Notes under the pieces: model-generated | The model's database searches: none | What the model was told of the DNA's origin: nothing | Seen by the model: the letters and a program-made list of their open reading frames with translations, nothing else | Origin: Bacteroidaceae bacterium | GTDB lineage: Bacteria > Bacteroidota > Bacteroidia > Bacteroidales > Bacteroidaceae | Assembly (NCBI GenBank): GCA_024398495.1 | Contig: JAKSJA010000001.1 | Coordinates: 25,897-89,896, forward strand | Reading direction: 5' to 3' | Length of the DNA stretch: 64,000 nucleotides | Translations under genes and position numbers: made by a program | Part shown: positions 58,201 to 64,000 of the stretch, one piece after another | How positions within the stretch are numbered: position 1 is the first letter of the stretch | Layout: each line of letters begins with the position of its first letter

Positions 58201-61053
58201 GATTGTGCTTATCGGGCTGCAGAAGCGGCTGGCATTGAAACGGTGATACCTACGGGTACTGCCATACAAAACTGTCGCAGTACCTATATTGGGCAAAATA
58301 TGAACCGTGATGGCTATCATCTCAACTATACCTATGGCCGTTATGTGGCAGGGCTTTCATGGGCAAAGTCTGTTCTTGGCATTGATCCGGAAACGGTGAC
58401 ATATCATCCGGCTACCATTTCTGACAACATGGCGAAACTCTGTCAACAGGCTGTAAACATTGCATTCAAGACTCCGAAAACTCCTACTTCCATGGCGGAA
58501 GAATGGGGTGTTGACCCTGATATAAAGAATGCGCCTCTGGCTCGACCTGTCTTTGTCAGTTTCGATTCGAAGAAAGGACAGGAATGTGCCGGAACATATT
58601 GGAATGTGTTGCAGTCGGCGGATGCTACGGGACAGATAGAAAAGATGGTTGACAATAAGTTTGTGAAGACTGGTGTCAAGGTGGCTGTCGTGGAACCTAT
58701 GACGGCTGGCTATGTGGACGGTCCTACGGTGACTGAGACTGAGTTCGATATGCCTGCCGCTGTGTCGTCAACGGCATTCATAGGTACTGGTAATGCGAAG
58801 ATGTCTGTCACTGGCTTGCGTGCAGGACAGGCTTACGATTTCGGTGTGTTCGGCTCTTATTCTGCTGCTGATGTCAACATGGAAACAAGATATGTGTTTA
58901 CCGGTGTTTCTTCAGACAGTGTGGCATTAGACGTCGCAAACAATACACAGAAAACAGCATGGGTTAAGAATATCGTAGCCGACAGTCAGGGACGTGTGAC
59001 TTTGACTATCAAGGCTGGTGACAACAATACGGACAATAAGAAGACTGTCGCTATCAATGCACTTGAGATAAATCCTCATCTCTCTGCCCCAGGCGATGTG
59101 CCTGTATATATTAACCTGACAAATACCGCAAACGTGGCGGCGGACAATTGGAACAACATTACTGAAAATGCCCTGAATGCCGGTGTGGAAAATATGATCA
59201 ATGCTTATAAGAAATCCACAGGGTTCGGTGTTAAAATAACAAAAGCCTTTGCAGGGGTGAATGAGAGTGGTGCAACTTCTACTACGGCAGATTTTGCAAT
59301 GCCAGCAGAGGCATCGAAGACAGCATATTGGGTGAATGGTGTTAAAAAAGATGAAGTGTTGGTAGATGAGGCAGAACTGGAGATAAATGGTTTGGACCCG
59401 ACAAAGATGTATAACTTCTGTTTCTTTGCTTCCCAAACGGATAATACAGAAGTTTATGAAGCAGAATATACAGCGATAGGGGAAAACAACCGCTTTATTA
59501 CACTCAATGCTAATGGAAATACGAGTAACACTTCTTGGATAAATGATATACAACCAACCCAAGACGGTAAGATTCGTATCACCATAACTCCAGGTCCATC
59601 AAGCATTGATACCTATAAGGTGGGATATTTGAACACGATAATGATGACGTATGCTGATACAATACAGATAGACCCTGAAGAAGGCATACCTTCACGTCCT
59701 GAAATACCGGAAGTGTGGGATGGCAAGACGGTCGTGGAACCTTTGCAGGGTGCCAATGACTGGTATATCATCACTAATGGTGCAGAACTGGCTTGGATTT
59801 CACAGATAGCTTCTAAGGCTACATTTGCCGGTAATGTGGTATTTACAAAGGACATAGATCTCGGAAATCATAAATGGACTCCAATCGGTAACGCGACACA
59901 GTATTACAATGGTTGCATCGAAGGCAATGGACATACTGTCAAGGGCTTGTATCTCGAACCGGCAAAGGGTGACTTGTGTTCGGGACTTGTAGGTGCGACA
60001 AACAGTACTGGATATATAAGAAACCTAAACCTTGAGGGAAAGATTCTGTTTGTAGGTTCTCCAACGGGTAGCAATCAGGATGTCGGCTCTTTCGTAGGAC
60101 TGGCTAATGCTCTTTCTCTCTTGGAAAACTGCCATAGTACTATGGATATAGATGGAACGAATGGCATAGGTCTTTATACTGGAGGACTCTTGGGGCGTGC
60201 AAAGGCTGTCAATGTTAATCAGTGTTCATATTCCGGTAACATGATTGCAGGAAAAAACAACTCAAAAGGAGGCTGGGGCGGTCTTGTCGGTACGTTCAAT
60301 TCAAGTGTGGTTGATGCAAAGGGTGGAATCACCAATTCTTGGTTTGATGGAACTATTACTTGTTCTTCTACGGGGGCTTTCGTCTATGGTTCTGCACTCT
60401 GTGGATATGCAAACTTGAGTAAAGGTATGTGCACAATCAAAAACAATTATATAAATGGTTCGGTTGCGATAACAGGTGTGACACCAACGAACTACAATGT
60501 CGTTTGTGGTAAGGCAGTAGCCACAACAACTGTCGCAGATATATATGGCGTGAATATCACATCAACAAATGTTACTACGGTTACTGAGACACAGTTGCAC
60601 AATGGTGAACTGTCACGTAAATTGAACTATGGTGTGCCTGTGGGTGCTTTCGGACAGGATATGAGCAATCCAACTTCTCATCCTGTTGTCTTTGCAGACA
60701 GCATCGTGGTATTGAAGACCGACTACGTCATCTCTGCTGGTGACACTACTGTCGTTTACAACAACCACAGCCTCATCTTCCCGGAAGAGCCTGTCGTAGA
60801 AGGCTATAAGTTCCTCGGATGGTTCGATGCTGCTGAGGGTGGCAACCAGTACAAGGATGGTGACAGCACGGATACAGACCTTACTGCCTATGCCCACTTT
60901 GAACAGGTTACAGGAATAGAGGAGATAAAATCTCAGTCAACAGTCAACGGTCAACAGTCAACTGCTGTCTATAACCTGCAGGGTGTGAAGGTCAAGAACT
61001 TTAAAAAGGGTGATGTTTATATTCTGAATGGTAAAAAGTATATCAAAAAGTAA
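55204..61053 (+). CDS. 1949-aa T9SS-secreted protein: GLUG-like/InlB modules around an SGNH/DUF4886 esterase domain and two repeated beta domains
   Basis: Three WDG...GAELAW...W.PIG modules; RILAIGNSFT (Ser) and RDGYHL (Asp/His); T9SS tail. Confidence 0.75.
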   Translation: MKKKIFALMLFFAVLGVGVYTYAGDDVWDGSTMSEPQKNSEGAYVITNGAELAWVADESNKAVCTFKVIIDNDIDLGNKPWTPIGQKQYFNGSIEGNGHTVKGLFMSPDATATCVGLVGKTNSASAYIKNLSIEGVINVAEVYTSSQCDIGSLIGLANAIGTVDNCHSKVNISVTANGRAANYMGGLIGRAKAMKLLRSSYGGVLSIGNDVTFNKGWGGIVGTFNSTVDGATTMMDNCWFDGKINNSAAKAPSYGAALVGFPALTKGAFSMHNCYAAGAFNTNSDKGIIFTTFNTPTMNVGNNYAVDYSIEDANAIHLTKEQGESGELCWRLNGDQTKRVFGQDLSADALPSLIEDSKAVNRILFKFETEGYDSLYVNDAVVLPSVNPTKEEYTFVGWYDAETEGNEVNAGSTIEKDMTLYARFTENPKDIWDGVTLTAITPDETGVYHVTTGAELAWVASESNKDIITWNIVLDNSIYLGNHAWTPIGQDKAFNGVFDGQGYTINDLYIEATNAKTYWGLFGFTNTSAGNPAAIIKNVNINGNMDIKSGSTGNNVGTLIGYSNNGIPEFTNCHSSVNISMNVETGANYLGGLIGLMKAGHFTSCSYSGTMTFGADATFNKGWGGLVGSYNSTTSGLEGSIKDSWFDGTIKSAATAAATYGAYLCGYPSLSKGTVTLTGNYINGSIEITGTAPTNYGNIYGKNNTKSLVMNNNYGVGITGDANVITADETQLHNGELCWLLNGDQTQIAFGQTLKDAESVPVVATAGNRVFKVTYIVEGSEYEVAYTNGKIVLPKTDPAKGTDTFTGWYDAVNDGKQYTADSTIDKDITLYAHFYNKESDGKIRILAIGNSFTVDAVEDYLAPIIHSTGQDVIIGYPYKGGTTLEQHMGYINTNNAIYNYRKIEAGKDTYVSKGTTIMKTAIVDEPWDYVIIQTDHNYSGVYSHYFPYLTDLMTYVKSNISNPTAKFILYMTWAYDEGSSYSAFSLYNNDQMTMYNAIVDCAYRAAEAAGIETVIPTGTAIQNCRSTYIGQNMNRDGYHLNYTYGRYVAGLSWAKSVLGIDPETVTYHPATISDNMAKLCQQAVNIAFKTPKTPTSMAEEWGVDPDIKNAPLARPVFVSFDSKKGQECAGTYWNVLQSADATGQIEKMVDNKFVKTGVKVAVVEPMTAGYVDGPTVTETEFDMPAAVSSTAFIGTGNAKMSVTGLRAGQAYDFGVFGSYSAADVNMETRYVFTGVSSDSVALDVANNTQKTAWVKNIVADSQGRVTLTIKAGDNNTDNKKTVAINALEINPHLSAPGDVPVYINLTNTANVAADNWNNITENALNAGVENMINAYKKSTGFGVKITKAFAGVNESGATSTTADFAMPAEASKTAYWVNGVKKDEVLVDEAELEINGLDPTKMYNFCFFASQTDNTEVYEAEYTAIGENNRFITLNANGNTSNTSWINDIQPTQDGKIRITITPGPSSIDTYKVGYLNTIMMTYADTIQIDPEEGIPSRPEIPEVWDGKTVVEPLQGANDWYIITNGAELAWISQIASKATFAGNVVFTKDIDLGNHKWTPIGNATQYYNGCIEGNGHTVKGLYLEPAKGDLCSGLVGATNSTGYIRNLNLEGKILFVGSPTGSNQDVGSFVGLANALSLLENCHSTMDIDGTNGIGLYTGGLLGRAKAVNVNQCSYSGNMIAGKNNSKGGWGGLVGTFNSSVVDAKGGITNSWFDGTITCSSTGAFVYGSALCGYANLSKGMCTIKNNYINGSVAITGVTPTNYNVVCGKAVATTTVADIYGVNITSTNVTTVTETQLHNGELSRKLNYGVPVGAFGQDMSNPTSHPVVFADSIVVLKTDYVISAGDTTVVYNNHSLIFPEEPVVEGYKFLGWFDAAEGGNQYKDGDSTDTDLTAYAHFEQVTGIEEIKSQSTVNGQQSTAVYNLQGVKVKNFKKGDVYILNGKKYIKK

Positions 61054-61074
61054 GAAAATAAGATTCCATTTTTT

Positions 61075-61101
61075 AGAGGGTACTGATAGTGCCCTCTTTT
61101 T
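61075..61101 (+). terminator. Rho-independent terminator
   Basis: agagggtac-tgata-gtgccctct stem-loop followed by T run. Confidence 0.75.
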
Positions 61102-61217
61102 GTATTAGTAAAATTGATTTTTATAAATACGTTATATTTTATTTGTTTTTACATCATAAAAGATGTACTTTTGTATTTTTAATTAAATGATTGTTGAACA
61201 ATAAAAATATTAATATT

Positions 61218-61742
61218 ATGATTTCAAAACGTTTGCAGGACGCTATAAACGCCCAAATCAATGCTGAGATGTGGTCAGCATATTTGTATCTGAGTATGTC
61301 TGCTTATTGTCAGGATGCAGGTTTCTCTGGTATAGCTAATTGGTTTTCTATCCAGTTTAAAGAGGAACAGGATCATGCTCAGATTTTGTATAATTATCTT
61401 GTCAGTCGTGGTGGTCGTGTGATATTAAAACCTATTGATGCTGTTGATACAGAATGGGCAAGTCCATTAGCCGCTTTTGAACATACTTATCAACACGAAC
61501 AGAAAGTAACAGGTCTTATTCATAACCTTATGGCTATGGCAGTAGAGGAAAATGATTATGCGATGCAGAGTCGTATGCAGTGGTTCATTGATGAACAAGT
61601 TGAGGAGGAAGAACACGCGTTAGACTTGGTGAACAAACTGAAAATGATAGGGGATAACTCTTATGGTTTGTATCAGATAGATAAGGAATTGGCAGCACGT
61701 GTTTATGTCCAGGCTTCTCCTTTAAGTAATACGGCAGATTGA
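61218..61742 (+). CDS. ftnA: Non-heme ferritin
   Basis: NAQINAEMWSAYLYLSM, EEQDHA, HEQKVT, WFIDEQVEEE ferroxidase motifs. Confidence 0.93.
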   Translation: MISKRLQDAINAQINAEMWSAYLYLSMSAYCQDAGFSGIANWFSIQFKEEQDHAQILYNYLVSRGGRVILKPIDAVDTEWASPLAAFEHTYQHEQKVTGLIHNLMAMAVEENDYAMQSRMQWFIDEQVEEEEHALDLVNKLKMIGDNSYGLYQIDKELAARVYVQASPLSNTAD

Positions 61743-61766
61743 TTTTATAGTTTAATTATAAAAACC

Positions 61767-61807
61767 AAAAAACGACTTGCGTGTCAGTGCGTAAGTCGTT
61801 TTTTTTT
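61767..61807. terminator. Bidirectional terminator between ferritin and tRNA
   Basis: A run, cgacttgcg...cgtaagtcg stem, T run. Confidence 0.8.
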
Positions 61808-61808
61808 G

Positions 61809-61882
61809 TGGGCCATCCAGGGCTTGAACCTGGGACCTCCAGATTATGAGTCTGTTGCTCTAACCAACTGAGCTAAAAGCCC
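61809..61882 (-). tRNA. tRNA with CAT anticodon, most likely tRNA-Ile2 (lysidine); CCA not encoded
   Basis: GGGCTTTTAGCTCAGTTGGTTAGAGCAACAGACTCATAATCTGGAGGTCCCAGGTTCAAGCCCTGGATGGCCCA. C4-G69 pair and GAC-TCATAA-TC arm resemble Ile2; elongator Met not fully excluded. Confidence 0.88.
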
Positions 61883-62035
61883 GATGCAATTCATTTTTGC
61901 GACTGCAAAGTTAATAAAAAAATACCATGTACCAAATTTTTAATAAATTTTGTTACCTTTGCAGGGGATTTCTTACCCATCTCCCATAGAGAGGGTGACG
62001 GGTTTAAAGTTTAGAGTTTAAAGTTTGGAGTTTAT

Positions 62036-62671
62036 ATGAAAAGGTTTTTATTTATATCATTGTTCATGATATTGCACATTGCATCTGTTATGGCTCAGGA
62101 TTTTCATGAAATAAGTGTGAGATATTCTCCCATGATGCTTGATATGGAATGGCAAGGACAGATGGAAGGATATGGGGCAAGAACGGAACGTTATAATGGT
62201 TTCGCAGTGGGCTATAAACGTGGTTTTGAACTATGGGAAGAGACAAACCTATATGCTGTAGCTGGAGCTACGATACAGTGGAACTCAAAGAAGTATGATC
62301 ATATTGACATCCCTACTGAGAGTGGAAATCAGAGCATCTTGATTGATGACAGAGAAAATTTTCTTAATGTCGTCATTCCATTGAGTATAATGTATCATCT
62401 TTGCATAACAGAGCATGTGGGACTTGAGCCTTTTGCTGGTGTGCAAGGTACATGGCATGCAATAGCGGAAGATTCATATTCCAACCAGTATCAGGAAGCA
62501 TACGGCAAGCCAAATAAGTTCGCTTTTGGATGTCATGCGGGATTGGATATTACATACGACCGTTTTGCCATCGGCGGTGGATATCAGATGGACTTTACGA
62601 AATTTGATGATAACATTGTATATTATTCCAAATGCAGTCGGTGGAATATTAAATTAGCATTTCGTTTCTGA
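62036..62671 (+). CDS. Outer-membrane beta-barrel protein (OMP_b-brl-like)
   Basis: Signal peptide, alternating beta strands, terminal FRF. Confidence 0.7.
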   Translation: MKRFLFISLFMILHIASVMAQDFHEISVRYSPMMLDMEWQGQMEGYGARTERYNGFAVGYKRGFELWEETNLYAVAGATIQWNSKKYDHIDIPTESGNQSILIDDRENFLNVVIPLSIMYHLCITEHVGLEPFAGVQGTWHAIAEDSYSNQYQEAYGKPNKFAFGCHAGLDITYDRFAIGGGYQMDFTKFDDNIVYYSKCSRWNIKLAFRF

Positions 62672-64000
62672 TGGAATTTGAAAAAGGTAAAAACAGTGCA
62701 TTTTATTCCGGACTTACTGAACGGGAGGTAGAAAGAAGCCGTCAGTTGCATGGGGCAAACTATCTTACTCCGGCAAAGCGGAAGAGTTGGTGGAGACTTT
62801 ATCTTGAGAAATATAATGATCCTGTAATAAGGATCCTTTTGGCGGCAATCGTTATCTCTGCCGTCCTTTCTTTTTATAGCGGTGAGGTCGTTGAGACGCT
62901 GGGCATAATAATCGCGGTGTTCTTTGCTACGACAATAGGTTTTATCTTTGAAATGGACGCTTCAAGGAAGTTTGACGTATTGTCTTCATTCAATGAGGAT
63001 TCTCCTGTCAAGGTAAGACGTGACGGAATCGTAATGCTCGTCCCGCGTCATGATATTGTGGTGGGCGATATCGTTCTTCTGGAAATGGGGGATGAAATCC
63101 CTGCCGATGGCAATCTGTTGACGGCAATGGGACTGGAGGTAAACGAGAGTTCTCTGACGGGAGAACTGATGACGGAGAAGTCTGTGGAAGTAACCGATAC
63201 CCCATCATCCTCTGCCTATCCTGCAAATATGGTGTATCGCAGTACGATGGTCATGAACGGCCGTGGGGTGATGCGTGTTACCGAAGTGGGGGATAATACC
63301 GAGATTGGTCATGTGGCACGAAAATCAATGGAGACCACAGACGTAGAGACGCCTCTTGACAAACAGTTGAAACGGTTGGCAAAACAGATAAGCAAGGTGG
63401 GTATAATAATTTCCGTACTTGCCTTCGTGGTGTTTGTTGCAAAAGACTATTTCCTCAATGACGGTTGGCGGGAATATGATACGTTGCAATATGTCGGAAC
63501 ATTCCTTAAGTATTTTATGCTTGCTGTGACTCTTATCGTCATGGCTGTACCGGAGGGATTGCCAATGGCTATAACATTGAGTTTGGCGTTGAATATGCGA
63601 AGGATGCTGAAAAGCAATAACCTCGTGAGAAAACTGCATGCTTCAGAGACTATGGGAGCGGTGACAGTGATATGTACCGATAAAACCGGCACTTTGACTC
63701 AAAACAGGATGAAAGTGGCGGATGTGTATTACTGCAATGAAAATGAAGATATTTTGTCGCTGGCATATTCCATATCTGCCAATACCACTGCGGAATTGGA
63801 TGAAAATGGTAACGGAATAGGTAATCCTACTGAGGTGGCTCTGCTCTCGTGGTTGCTGGAGAAAGGGTATGGATATCAGAAACTGAGACAAAACACAAAA
63901 ATCATAGAACAAATACCGTTTTCATCGGAGAAAAAATATATGTCCACCATTGCAGAAATTGATGGGGTACGTCATACCTTCATCAAGGGTGCTCCGGAAG
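62671..64000 (+). CDS. Cation (Ca2+)-translocating P-type ATPase, partial
   Basis: Manual translation MEFEKG...GLTEREVERSRQLHGAN; GDEIPADG, ESSLTGE, AVPEGLP, ICTDKTGTLTQN, KGAPE. Runs off window end. Confidence 0.93.
   Translation, partial: MEFEKGKNSAFYSGLTEREVERSRQLHGANYLTPAKRKSWWRLYLEKYNDPVIRILLAAIVISAVLSFYSGEVVETLGIIIAVFFATTIGFIFEMDASRKFDVLSSFNEDSPVKVRRDGIVMLVPRHDIVVGDIVLLEMGDEIPADGNLLTAMGLEVNESSLTGELMTEKSVEVTDTPSSSAYPANMVYRSTMVMNGRGVMRVTEVGDNTEIGHVARKSMETTDVETPLDKQLKRLAKQISKVGIIISVLAFVVFVAKDYFLNDGWREYDTLQYVGTFLKYFMLAVTLIVMAVPEGLPMAITLSLALNMRRMLKSNNLVRKLHASETMGAVTVICTDKTGTLTQNRMKVADVYYCNENEDILSLAYSISANTTAELDENGNGIGNPTEVALLSWLLEKGYGYQKLRQNTKIIEQIPFSSEKKYMSTIAEIDGVRHTFIKGAPE

Noticed and set aside
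61809-61882. tRNA as island integration site
   Set aside because: I saw no duplicated tRNA 3' end elsewhere in the window and no adjacent integrase.

Overview
Bacteroidales (Prevotellaceae-like) chromosomal DNA, judged from TAnnTTTG promoters, a SusC/SusD pair and T9SS C-terminal signals. 1-10.4 kb: housekeeping genes (O-methyltransferase, aroQ, xerD, mnmA, nnrD, dusB, APH-like kinase, DUF4254, GT9, SpoU methylase, uxuB-uxuA). 11.1-26.0 kb: a visibly AT-rich, minus-strand 12-gene island encoding PEGA, BACON, BspA-LRR, DUF2971, Ig-like and LPP20-like proteins, an exported C14 caspase next to an ECF sigma and a membrane anti-sigma, a transglutaminase-like protein and a TonB-C/FGE-sulfatase fusion. 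Repeat-rich non-coding DNA flanks it on both sides. 27.2-61.1 kb: an ECF/FecR-regulated polysaccharide utilisation locus with GH97, GH31, SusC/D, an amino-acid symporter, an exported TIM-barrel epimerase-like protein, four EEP phosphoesterase-domain proteins (three fused to beta-helix domains and T9SS-secreted) and a 1949-aa SGNH/DUF4886 protein. 61.2-64 kb: ferritin, tRNA-Ile2(CAT), an outer-membrane barrel and a partial P-type ATPase. Best leads: (1) the EEP-rich PUL, possibly for phosphodiester-linked glycopolymers such as teichoic acids; (2) the caspase/ECF/anti-sigma module with a candidate Arg cleavage site; (3) a palindromic element fixed in-frame in T9SS signals, with all four flank combinations present, implying recombinational shuffling of secretion tails. 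All family calls come from motif recognition by eye; no searches were run.
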